Notes under the pieces: model-generated | Database searches by the model: none | Seen by the model: the letters and a program-made list of their open reading frames with translations, nothing else | Told to the model about the DNA's origin: nothing | Shown: in pieces, positions 17,714 to 26,183 of the stretch | How positions within the stretch are numbered: the first letter of the stretch is position 1 | Layout: the number at the start of each line of letters is the position of its first letter | Assembly (NCBI GenBank): GCA_016873375.1 | Contig: VGXJ01000001.1 | Span: 1-33,297 of the forward strand | Origin: Phycisphaerae bacterium | GTDB lineage: Bacteria > Planctomycetota > Phycisphaerae > Phycisphaerales > SM1A02 | Reading direction: 5' to 3' | DNA length: 33,297 nucleotides | Position numbers and translations under genes: made by a program

Positions 17714-19431
17714 TGCACACGATCCGCACGGCATGGAGAGTGCTCACCGCACGCGATCGCAGTACCGCGCGTTGGCTCTTCGCAGCCATGCTCGTGTCTG
17801 CGTTCCTCGAGTGCGTTGGGCTTGGCCTGGTGCTTCCGGTGCTCGCACTGCTCGCCGACGGCGGTACGTCGTCCTTGGATCTTCCTGCGTGGCTGCTTGG
17901 TGCGGTGGAGGGGATTCCCCACGGTCGGCTCGTCATTCTGTGCATGGCGGGGCTGCTTGCGGTCTATGCCTTCAAGGCCGCCTTCCGCTGGATGCTGATC
18001 GTGCGGGTGAACGGTTTCGGCTTCAGGCTCCAGCGGGAACTCTCGACACGACTGTTCTCGAACTTCATCTCACGGCCATGGTCGTTCCATCTGTCGCGCA
18101 ATTCCACCACGATCCTTCATGGTTTGACCCATGATGCCGACCAGCTCGTGTTCGGCGTGGTGGTGCCCTCGCTCTCGGCAGCAAGCGAGCTGATGGTCAT
18201 CATCGGCGTGACGACGCTGCTGCTGGCCATTGAGCCGCTCGGCGGTGCTGCCTGCCTTGGCTTGGTCGGGCTCAGCGGCTGGTGGTTCCATCGGATGACG
18301 GAGGCACGTGCCGCCGGACTCGGGGCGCAGCGGCGTGAGCTCGACCGGGCTCGCTTCCGCTTGTTCCGCCAGGCCCTTGAGGGCGTGAAGGAGATCCGAG
18401 CGCTCGGCCGCGAGCAGGGGTTCACGGCGCTTGCCGATGCTGCCTCGGCCCGCAGCGGCGCACTTGGATCGCGTGTGCAGTCGCTGAGGGATGTGCCGCG
18501 AAGCTGGTTGGAGGTGCTGGCCGTCCTGGGCTTGACCACGCTGGTGACGATCATGTTGCTTCAAGGCCGTGAGGCTTCGTCGGTGCTCGGCGTGGCGGGC
18601 CTCTTCGCTCTGGCGGTGTTCCGGCTCGTGCCGTCGGGTACGCGACTCATGACGAGCGTGCACGCCATCGTGCTTGGAGCACCCGGTGTCCAAGCGGTGG
18701 TCGATGCACTCGCAGAGCCGCAGGCATCCGGATCCGGCGCCGTGGGTGATGCAGCTTGGACCGCCATCGAGTTCCGCGGCGTGGGATTTGGCTACGGCGG
18801 TGACCGTCCATCGGTGCTTGACGGCCTCGAGATGCGCATCGCCAGAGGCGAGTCGGTCGGCATCGTCGGAGCGAGTGGATCGGGCAAGTCGACCGTGGTG
18901 GATCTGGCGCTGGGCCTGCTGCAACCGACCACCGGGACGATCACGATCGGAGGCATGGATCTTGCAGCATGCAACCGGTGGTGGCAGTCGCAGGTGGGCT
19001 ATGTGCCGCAGTCGATCTACCTCCTGGATGACTCGATCACAAGGAATGTCGCCTTTGGAGTGCTCGAGGGCCAGATCGATCAGGCAGCCGTAGCGAGGGC
19101 GTTGCGCCTGGCGCAACTGGACGAGTTCGTGTCCTCCCTGCCGCAGGGGGCATCGACGGTCGTTGGTGAGCGCGGCGTGCGATTGAGCGGTGGGCAGCGT
19201 CAGCGCATCGGCATCGCTCGGGCGCTGTACGGCAATCCCACCGTGCTGATTCTTGATGAAGCGACGAGTGCGCTCGACCCCGAGACCGAGGAGGGGCTGC
19301 TCGGTGCGATCCACGCCCTCCACGGCACCGTCACCATGCTCGTGGTCGCGCACCGTGAAGCGACCGTCGAGCGATGCGATCGGCTCTTGCGACTCGAGGG
19401 CGGGCGCTTCAGCGAGGTTGATCGTGCCTGA
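17710..19431 (+). CDS. Fused TMD-NBD ABC exporter (MsbA/PglK-like half transporter)
   Basis: 573 aa. Six hydrophobic helices in the N-terminal ~300 aa. Walker A GASGSGKST, signature LSGGQRQRIGIARAL, Walker B LILDEATSALD, H-loop VVAHR. ATGA overlap with the upstream gene. Confidence 0.9.
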   Translation: MMHTIRTAWRVLTARDRSTARWLFAAMLVSAFLECVGLGLVLPVLALLADGGTSSLDLPAWLLGAVEGIPHGRLVILCMAGLLAVYAFKAAFRWMLIVRVNGFGFRLQRELSTRLFSNFISRPWSFHLSRNSTTILHGLTHDADQLVFGVVVPSLSAASELMVIIGVTTLLLAIEPLGGAACLGLVGLSGWWFHRMTEARAAGLGAQRRELDRARFRLFRQALEGVKEIRALGREQGFTALADAASARSGALGSRVQSLRDVPRSWLEVLAVLGLTTLVTIMLLQGREASSVLGVAGLFALAVFRLVPSGTRLMTSVHAIVLGAPGVQAVVDALAEPQASGSGAVGDAAWTAIEFRGVGFGYGGDRPSVLDGLEMRIARGESVGIVGASGSGKSTVVDLALGLLQPTTGTITIGGMDLAACNRWWQSQVGYVPQSIYLLDDSITRNVAFGVLEGQIDQAAVARALRLAQLDEFVSSLPQGASTVVGERGVRLSGGQRQRIGIARALYGNPTVLILDEATSALDPETEEGLLGAIHALHGTVTMLVVAHREATVERCDRLLRLEGGRFSEVDRA

Positions 19432-20263
19432 ACGCGCGCGGGAGTGCGGCATCGTGACGCTGGCCGATGCCAAGTACGCACCAGGCGTGGACATGCTCTG
19501 CCGTTCCGTGCGCGAGAGCCTGGACCTGCCGGTGGCGTGCTTTGACCTCGGTCTGGGCGAGCGCATGGCGGCCTGGCTGTGCGAGCGCCATCCATCGCTG
19601 CGCATCCTCCCGATGCCCGATCACGACGATCTCCGATCCGTCCGCTCTGCATTCGAATCGGCTGGGCCGCTTGCCAAGCCCGGCAAGCGCGTGTGGCCCA
19701 TCTGGGCGTGCCCGTTTCTCATTCAGGCGAGCCCCTTTGCACGCACGCTCTGGATTGATGCAGACATCGTGGTGCTGCGCGACCTTGCCGGTCTCGTGGC
19801 CCATTTGGAGGATGGGCCGATCCTGACTCCCGAGAATTTCGCGCCCAAGGTGACCCCGAACAAGCCTGAGCTCTACAGGCTCCTGCCGATACAGCGCCCG
19901 TTCGATCCGCTGGAGCCTCGACTGAACGCGGGGGTCTCGGGATGGGACCACGCCCGCGCGGAGGATCGCGGCCTGCTCGAGGCCTACTGCCACGCGGTTC
20001 GCGCCGCGTGCCGCGATCGCCGAGTCGCGGATGCCATCTCGTGGTGGGACCAAGGAGCGCTGATCTGGGCCGTCCAGCAGTGCGGCCTCGAGCACCGCAT
20101 GCTGCGTACCACAGCCTGGAATCTCTGCATCCGCAACACGCGCGCCATGGGTGCGGCGATCGGCTGGGACGACTCGACGCTTGGCCGCTTGCGCGAGCTG
20201 GTGCCCGAGGGAAACCTGCTCCACTGGAACGGCACCGCACCACCGTGGCCCATCCAGCCATGA
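19424..20263 (+). CDS. Nucleotide-diphospho-sugar transferase-like protein (GT8-like)
   Basis: In frame with ORF-track 19253..20263. The first plausible start past the ABC gene body is GTG 19424 (VPERARECGIVTLADAKYAPGVDMLCRSV); TTG 19418 is an alternative. It overlaps the ABC stop by 8 nt. GIVTLADxxY plus LWIDADIVVLRD (DxD) resemble GT8/GT-A enzymes. The family assignment is tentative. Confidence 0.5.
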   Translation: MPERARECGIVTLADAKYAPGVDMLCRSVRESLDLPVACFDLGLGERMAAWLCERHPSLRILPMPDHDDLRSVRSAFESAGPLAKPGKRVWPIWACPFLIQASPFARTLWIDADIVVLRDLAGLVAHLEDGPILTPENFAPKVTPNKPELYRLLPIQRPFDPLEPRLNAGVSGWDHARAEDRGLLEAYCHAVRAACRDRRVADAISWWDQGALIWAVQQCGLEHRMLRTTAWNLCIRNTRAMGAAIGWDDSTLGRLRELVPEGNLLHWNGTAPPWPIQP

Positions 20264-21009
20264 CCGTGCTGCGATCATTTCGGTGGCTCGCCGATCGGAT
20301 TCGACGCCTTGGGTCGAGTGGGCGCGATGCAGCGCTCCAAAGCGAGGAATCCTTCTGGAACGGCTGGCTTGCCAAGCAGGACCGTCCGGGGTTCGCCTTC
20401 CGCATGAATGCCCACGCACCGCTGCAGCCGTGGATCTGGTGCCACCTCGATTCAAGTCAGCCGGTCCACCGCGTGCTTGATGTGGGATGCGGACCGCTGT
20501 CGGTGGTGGGCAGGGTCGTTCCGGCTGGACGACTCGATCTGACCTGCTGTGATCCGCTGGCCGAGCGGTACATGACGCTGCTCAGGCATCATGGGATCGA
20601 ACCCGTGCACGCCATCGATGATGTGGCTGGCGAGGACTTGTCCCGGCGATACGGCACCGCGTCCTTCGACATGGCGTTCTCGAACAATGCCGTCGACCAC
20701 GCTGCGGATCCGCTCGAGGTGCTGCGCCAGATGGCCCTGGTGGTGCGTGGTGATGGCACGGTCCTTGTGCAGGTTGGCGAGCATGAAGGCCGCCACGGCG
20801 GCTACCGCGGCCTGCATCAGTGGGACTTCAGGGAACACGATGGGCGGCTCAGGCTTGCCTCCAAGACAGGCGAGGCCCTGGATGTGACCGAGGCGCTCTC
20901 TCCATGGCTGGTCCAGCGATCCATCGAGCGCGTCGACATCAATCCGGCGGGGCTGCGCTGGGAGCACACGCACCTGCGCATCGTCTGGACCCGCCGCGTG
21001 GACTCCTAG
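20260..21009 (+). CDS. Class I SAM-dependent methyltransferase
   Basis: ATG 20260 overlaps the previous stop (ATGA). Motif I VLDVGCGP, an acidic post-I residue (LTCCDPL), motif II-like FDMAFSNNAVDH, and LRQMALVVRGDGTVLV. Confidence 0.75.
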   Translation: MTVLRSFRWLADRIRRLGSSGRDAALQSEESFWNGWLAKQDRPGFAFRMNAHAPLQPWIWCHLDSSQPVHRVLDVGCGPLSVVGRVVPAGRLDLTCCDPLAERYMTLLRHHGIEPVHAIDDVAGEDLSRRYGTASFDMAFSNNAVDHAADPLEVLRQMALVVRGDGTVLVQVGEHEGRHGGYRGLHQWDFREHDGRLRLASKTGEALDVTEALSPWLVQRSIERVDINPAGLRWEHTHLRIVWTRRVDS

Positions 21010-21962
21010 TCCTTCACGGCCACGGGGCACCGTGCAAGGTTCGGTCGCCACGCACCCTCGAGCAGGCCAAGGCCCCACGCGTACTGCATGCGCGCCCTGA
21101 CGGAGGCTGAGGTCCGTCGAGCCAGCATCTGCCGGATGGAGGCCAACACGATCCACACCACGCCCTTGGCGGTGCAGCTCATCATCGACCACGCGGCGCC
21201 CCGGACATCTCGCTCGATCGGCGCCACGCATCGACCAGCGCTCCGTTGCCTGCTCACCAGCCACGCTGCGCTCACGCGGTCGGGCGGGATGGATTCGACG
21301 ACGCGGGCTTCCGCGACCCAGCGGATGGGAACGCCCGCCTGTGCCAGTCTCTGGAAGAAGTGACGGTCCTCGCCCACGCGGACGAACTCGGTTTGGAAGC
21401 GTGGGCCCGCCTCATCGATGAGCGATGCATCGAGGAGCACATTGTTGGTGAACGCCCACGGTCGTCGCGTTCCTGTCGGGAGCAGGGTCGCATCGAAGAA
21501 GCCGCCTTCGATGACCCAATCCGGCGGCGGGTGCTGGAACGAAGGATCGACCGGGCCAGTGACGATGCCCGGGCCGAAGCGCTCACGCGCCGCAAGCAGG
21601 GCAGCGAGCCAGCCATCGGTCGCGATCTCGTCATCATCGATGAAGACGATGGCCCCACCGGCCCCGACGGTCCGCCGGGCGATCTCGAGGGCGCGGTTGC
21701 GAGGGAACGCCACGCCCCGTCGCGGTTCAGCATCGAGGATCACCTCAAGCCCAGTCTGCGCACGGACCTGGGCCACGATCCCTGCGGGCCGGACATCCGC
21801 CGGATCATTGCTCACGACGATGGCGATCAGCCGTGTCGCGGTGGGCAAGGATGCACGCTGGGCAGCCACGCTCGCCAGCGTGGCCGCAAGCCCCTCGGCG
21901 CGGTGCAGCGTCGAGATGCAGCAGGCGATTGCGCGCGTCTCAGGATCCATGGTGGGTTGCAT
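21006..21962 (-). CDS. Family 2 glycosyltransferase (tandem paralogue B)
   Basis: In frame with ORF-track 21006..22193. Start at ATG 21962 (MQPTMDPETRAIACCISTLHRAEGL) or ATG 21950; both overlap the upstream gene's end (21940). Motifs: IVVSNDPAD, FPRNRALE, VFIDDDEIATDGW (DxD), GEDRHFFQRL. Confidence 0.75.
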   Translation of the reverse strand: MQPTMDPETRAIACCISTLHRAEGLAATLASVAAQRASLPTATRLIAIVVSNDPADVRPAGIVAQVRAQTGLEVILDAEPRRGVAFPRNRALEIARRTVGAGGAIVFIDDDEIATDGWLAALLAARERFGPGIVTGPVDPSFQHPPPDWVIEGGFFDATLLPTGTRRPWAFTNNVLLDASLIDEAGPRFQTEFVRVGEDRHFFQRLAQAGVPIRWVAEARVVESIPPDRVSAAWLVSRQRSAGRCVAPIERDVRGAAWSMMSCTAKGVVWIVLASIRQMLARRTSASVRARMQYAWGLGLLEGAWRPNLARCPVAVKD

Positions 21963-22860
21963 ACTCCTCGAAGCGGTCGAGGCCGGTCGCACCGAGCGCC
22001 AGTCCCAGCGCCTTGGCACCATCGAGTACGAGGTGCATCGCGGCGGCATCCACCATGCCGTGCACGAGGCTGGTCGTGCACCGGACGAGGCCACGCGCCA
22101 TGAAGCGCACCGCAAGCGCGAGGCATCCCAATCGTGTCCTCTCGCGCAGATCGAGCATGATCCACGCATTGGTGGCACCGACCCGGTAGGCACGCCGCGC
22201 GGCCCAGCGTCGTGTCAGGCGCGAGTGTGGATAGTGCTCCATCGTGACCGCCTCGGCGCACCACTGGATCCGATGGCCCTTTCGTGCCAGCGAGCGGAAG
22301 AGGTGCGTATCGCTGCCGCCGGTCATCAGGAGGCGCTCGTCGAACCGACATGAGCTGTTGCCAAGCAGCGATGCGCGCACGGCCACATTGTTGGTGTAGG
22401 CCTCGTGGAGGATGCTGCCGTCAGGGTGCGACGGCTGGTCGTAGGCATGCGTCTGCAGCGCCCATCGCGGGACAGGTTCGGGCAGCACGGGTCGCGCGGG
22501 GCCCGTCAGGATGTCGGCGTGTGATTCGGCTGCAGCGCGCGCGAGTGCGATGAGCCACGACGGGTCCACGGTCTCGTCGTCATCCACGAACGCGACCCAG
22601 TCTGCCGCGGGATCGAGCGCCCGAGCCTCGTCGATCGCGCGGTTGCGCGCCACGGGAATGCCCTGACGGGGCTCCAGGACATGCCGAGAGGGCCAGCGGC
22701 AGGCCGGCATCGCCGAGGCCGTGTCATCGTTCTCGATCACGATGATGCTGAGATCGATGGCGCCTCGAGGGCCGATCGTCTCGAGGCGGTCGATGGAGGC
22801 AAGCAGCCGTGCGAGCCCATCGGGCCTGCGTCTGGTGATGACGGCGACGGCGAATCGCAT
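21940..22860 (-). CDS. Family 2 glycosyltransferase (tandem paralogue A)
   Basis: 306 aa starting at ATG 22860. Motifs: FAVAVITRRRPDGLARLLASI, IVIENDD, VARNRAIDE, AFVDDDETVDPSW (DxD), GGSDTHLFRSL. Clearly similar along its length to the downstream GT2. Confidence 0.8.
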   Translation of the reverse strand: MRFAVAVITRRRPDGLARLLASIDRLETIGPRGAIDLSIIVIENDDTASAMPACRWPSRHVLEPRQGIPVARNRAIDEARALDPAADWVAFVDDDETVDPSWLIALARAAAESHADILTGPARPVLPEPVPRWALQTHAYDQPSHPDGSILHEAYTNNVAVRASLLGNSSCRFDERLLMTGGSDTHLFRSLARKGHRIQWCAEAVTMEHYPHSRLTRRWAARRAYRVGATNAWIMLDLRERTRLGCLALAVRFMARGLVRCTTSLVHGMVDAAAMHLVLDGAKALGLALGATGLDRFEEYATHHGS

Positions 22861-22920
22861 GATGCCGGGCCGAGTCTAGCCGTGCGTGCCTCGCCAAGGA
22901 TTCAGGGGGGCCGTACGCTC

Positions 22921-24045
22921 ATGACGATGCCCACGGCTGCCACCGCGACTGATGCGACGACCCATGCACCGTCTGGCGTATCCGTCGTGGTACCGACCTG
23001 CAATCGCCGTGACCAGATCCTGCGGTGCGTCAAGTCGCTTCTGGCCCAGACCCTGCCACCGACGCAAGTCATCGTGGTGGATGATGGCTCGACGGATGGA
23101 ACGGTGGAGGCTGTCCAAGCGCTTGCGTCTTCGGCCGGCGCCACCAGCCTGATCGTGATCCGCAATGAGCGAAACCTTGGTGCCAACGCGAGCCGGAATG
23201 TCGGGATCCAGTCCGCCACAGGCTCGCTCGTGGCATTCCTCGACTCGGATTGCATCGCGGATCCACACTGGATCGAGCGGTTGCGCGCGCCCTTCGTCGA
23301 CGCATCCGTGGGCGCAGCATCCGGACTCGTCGAGGACACCATGCGATCCACCATCTGGGAGCGTGCGTTCGCGGGAACGCACCGGCTGCCGCGCAGGGGA
23401 CCCATCTCGCGGTTCACCTCATGCAATCTGATGGTCCGCAGGACCCTGCTTGCCATGCATCGTTGGGAGGAGGACTTCTCCGATGCCACACGCCAAGGCG
23501 TCCAACCCGACACGACCTTCTCGGGTCGTTGTGACGAGGAGGGGCTCTACCTGGCGATCCGTGAAGCGGGTTGGAGCGTGGTGGCAGAGCCGGCGGCGCG
23601 GGTGGATCACGAACACGCCTATGGCTGGTCCAGTTTCTGCCGCCAGGCGTGGCACGGCGGTCGTGCCGCAGCAGAGCTCGTCTGGAAGTTCCGTCTGCGT
23701 GATCGTCTCGATCTTGCACCGTTCCTTCTCGCGGTCATCACGCTCGCCGTCACGCTGGCGGTGGCGTCGCTGATCGATGCTGCGTGGCGATGGTGGCTCC
23801 CTGCATTGGCGCTGGTCCCTCTCGCGGCGGGGTGTGCGGCGGTGTCGTGGAACGAAACCGCCAACAAGGGCAAGACCATGCTGGGCCTGGTGTCGACACT
23901 CCCGGCCCTCACCGTGTACTACGCCCTGCGCACCTCTGGCTACGGTTTGCGGAGGGTGCAACTCTGGCTTGGCATCGGAGCGGTCGCCCGCATCGAGCCA
24001 GGGTCGCTCGGCCGATCGCTCCCCAAGCCCGGGAGCGGATCGTGA
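22921..24045 (+). CDS. Family 2 glycosyltransferase with C-terminal TM helices
   Basis: ATG 22921 (MTMPTAATATD...), in frame within ORF-track 22681..24045. Motifs: VSVVVPTCNRRDQILRCVKSLLAQT, VIVVDDGSTDGT, NLGANASRNVG, AFLDSDC (DxD). C-terminal hydrophobic segments: LAPFLLAVITLAVTLAVASLI and WWLPALALVPLAAGCAAV. Confidence 0.85.
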   Translation: MTMPTAATATDATTHAPSGVSVVVPTCNRRDQILRCVKSLLAQTLPPTQVIVVDDGSTDGTVEAVQALASSAGATSLIVIRNERNLGANASRNVGIQSATGSLVAFLDSDCIADPHWIERLRAPFVDASVGAASGLVEDTMRSTIWERAFAGTHRLPRRGPISRFTSCNLMVRRTLLAMHRWEEDFSDATRQGVQPDTTFSGRCDEEGLYLAIREAGWSVVAEPAARVDHEHAYGWSSFCRQAWHGGRAAAELVWKFRLRDRLDLAPFLLAVITLAVTLAVASLIDAAWRWWLPALALVPLAAGCAAVSWNETANKGKTMLGLVSTLPALTVYYALRTSGYGLRRVQLWLGIGAVARIEPGSLGRSLPKPGSGS

Positions 24046-25280
24046 AGGCACCTCGCATCCTCGTGGTGACCGGTGGTTTCCCGGTGCGCAGCGAGACCTT
24101 CATCAGGGATCATGTCACCGGATTGCTCGATGCGGGCGCCGAGGTGACGGTGCTCGCCTTGCACGATGGCGATGGCTCCGCCTGGGATGAGGACGAGTTG
24201 CGGCTCGGTCTTTCCGACCGAGTGCGTCGGGCCCGCATCGATGCACCGCTGCGGCACAGGCTGTTCCGGATGCCAGCACGCTTCTTGGCCCATGCGTCGT
24301 ACGCGCTCGGCCCAGCGTGGCGGCTGGTCACACCCAAGCAGGGTTGGCGCGGCCCCTCAGGGATCCTGCTGGAGGCTGCCTCGGCGCTTGGGGCAGCAGG
24401 CGCGCCTCATCAGTTCGACAGGATCCACGCGGAGTTCGGGCCAAGCGGTGTCGTGGCTGCCAAGCTGCGAAGGGCAGGGTGCATCGCGGGGCCGCTCTCG
24501 TGCGCCTTCTACGGCTATGACGCCACTCGCGCGATCATGCAATCCGGTCCCGGCCTCTACCGTGAACTCTTCGAGGATGCGGACCTTGTCTTGCCCAACT
24601 CCGAGTTCCTTGCCCAGAAGCTCAGACAGGCCGGAGCACCGACGAGCAAGGTGATCGTCCATCGGCTCGGTGTCAGGACCGATCGCTTCGCGCCTGCCGA
24701 GCGGCCGGCGCCTCGACCCGGTCCGTGGCGCGCGACCGCGATCGGACGCTTCGTTCCCAAGAAGGGCTTCACGACGCTCTTGCATGCACTTGCTCGCGCA
24801 GGCGAGGCCGCACCCGAGCTGACGCTCATTGGTGACGGGCCCATGTCCGATGAACTCCGGGCACTCACGACATCGCTCGGTCTCGAGCGCAGCGTGCGCT
24901 TCGCGGGCTGGCTCGGGCGGCAGGATGTCCTTGCGCACCTTGCGGCAACCGATGCCTTGATCGCACCGAGCGAGACCGCCGAGGATGGAGACATCGAGGG
25001 CATGCCTGTGGTGGTGATGGAGGCAATGGCCAGCGGCATACCGATCATCGGCACCGACCACAGCGGCATTCCCGAGATCGTGCGCGATGGCATCAACGGC
25101 GTGATCGTTCCGGAGCGGGATCCCGCCGGGCTCGCCCAAGCCATGTTGCGGCTGTCGGATCCGGGCTTCCGCCGGGCATGCGGGGCGCAATCGCGTTCCA
25201 TCGCGGTCAGCGAGCTCGACCACGCCATGCTCATGCGTCGATTGATTGGTCTTCTCTTCCGGCAACCTGTAGCCTCCTGA
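24042..25280 (+). CDS. Family 4 (GT-B, group 1) glycosyltransferase
   Basis: GTG 24042 overlaps the previous stop (GTGA). N-terminus: KAPRILVVTGGFPVRSETFI. C-terminal EX7E region: EGMPVVVMEAMASGIPIIGTDHSGIPEIVRDGINGVIVPERD. Confidence 0.9.
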   Translation: MKAPRILVVTGGFPVRSETFIRDHVTGLLDAGAEVTVLALHDGDGSAWDEDELRLGLSDRVRRARIDAPLRHRLFRMPARFLAHASYALGPAWRLVTPKQGWRGPSGILLEAASALGAAGAPHQFDRIHAEFGPSGVVAAKLRRAGCIAGPLSCAFYGYDATRAIMQSGPGLYRELFEDADLVLPNSEFLAQKLRQAGAPTSKVIVHRLGVRTDRFAPAERPAPRPGPWRATAIGRFVPKKGFTTLLHALARAGEAAPELTLIGDGPMSDELRALTTSLGLERSVRFAGWLGRQDVLAHLAATDALIAPSETAEDGDIEGMPVVVMEAMASGIPIIGTDHSGIPEIVRDGINGVIVPERDPAGLAQAMLRLSDPGFRRACGAQSRSIAVSELDHAMLMRRLIGLLFRQPVAS

Positions 25281-25286
25281 GAGAGC

Positions 25287-26180
25287 ATGCCTTCGCCCCT
25301 GCACCGGCACCTCCGGGACTTCACCTACGCCGCACGCACGGCGTGGCGCAGCTTCGGCAGCCGTCGCTGCCCCGGTCCGTGGGAGCCTGGCAGCCAGCAT
25401 CGGGAGTCGCTGCTCCTGATCACGCTTGACTCGTGTCGGTGGGACACCTTCGAGAGCACTCCCACGCCAAACATCGATGCAGTGGGCACGGCACACCGTG
25501 TGATGGCGCCATCCCACTTCACCTTCGGCTCGCATGCCGCCATGTTCGTGGGCTTCACCCCCGGCGATGGGTTGCGCAGCGAGCCCATCGTGAACCCGAA
25601 GTTCGGCAAGCTGGTCAGGCTCCACGGCGGGGGAACCCCTTCAACCAGCCGCGATCGATTCCTGCTCCGGGGCCGGTCCATCGTGGATGGGTTCAATCGC
25701 ATTGGGTACATCACGGCTGGTACGGGTGCCGTCAAGTGGTTCGATGATGGCTCCTTGGCGGGAGCTGGGTTGGTGCGCGACTTCCAGCATTACATGTATG
25801 CGCGCAACTGCTGGTCGCTCAGGCGGCAACTCGGGTTCCTCGCTGACAAGGTCGGGGGAGCCCGCCAGCCGGTCTTCTGCTTTTTGAATGTGGGTGAGAC
25901 TCATGTTCCCTACTGGCACGAGGGGGCGGCGTGGGATCGTGGGACCGTGACTTGCCGCGCCTTCGCGGAGGGGAACGATCGCACCGAGAGCGCACGACGG
26001 CAGGGTGAGTGCCTGCAGTTCATCGATCGGGCGCTCGGACCGATGCTTGCGGCCTTCGCCAACGCCAACATCATGGTGTGCGGCGATCATGGCGATGCAT
26101 GGGGCGAGGACGGTGCCTGGGAACACGGCTTTCATCACTCCAAAGTGATGGAGGTGCCGATGACCTTCCGCATCTCCTAG
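25287..26180 (+). CDS. Alkaline-phosphatase-superfamily metalloenzyme (type I phosphodiesterase/NPP-like or sulfatase-like), no signal peptide
   Basis: 297 aa. Metal-site-like LLLITLDSCRWD. Nucleophile region APSHFTFGSHAAMFVGFTP resembles the NPP motif T-F-P-N-H...TG..P. Distal metal site VCGDHGDAWGE. I see no C/S-x-P-x-R formylglycine motif. The subfamily is uncertain. Confidence 0.5.
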   Translation: MPSPLHRHLRDFTYAARTAWRSFGSRRCPGPWEPGSQHRESLLLITLDSCRWDTFESTPTPNIDAVGTAHRVMAPSHFTFGSHAAMFVGFTPGDGLRSEPIVNPKFGKLVRLHGGGTPSTSRDRFLLRGRSIVDGFNRIGYITAGTGAVKWFDDGSLAGAGLVRDFQHYMYARNCWSLRRQLGFLADKVGGARQPVFCFLNVGETHVPYWHEGAAWDRGTVTCRAFAEGNDRTESARRQGECLQFIDRALGPMLAAFANANIMVCGDHGDAWGEDGAWEHGFHHSKVMEVPMTFRIS

Positions 26181-26183
26181 TCG

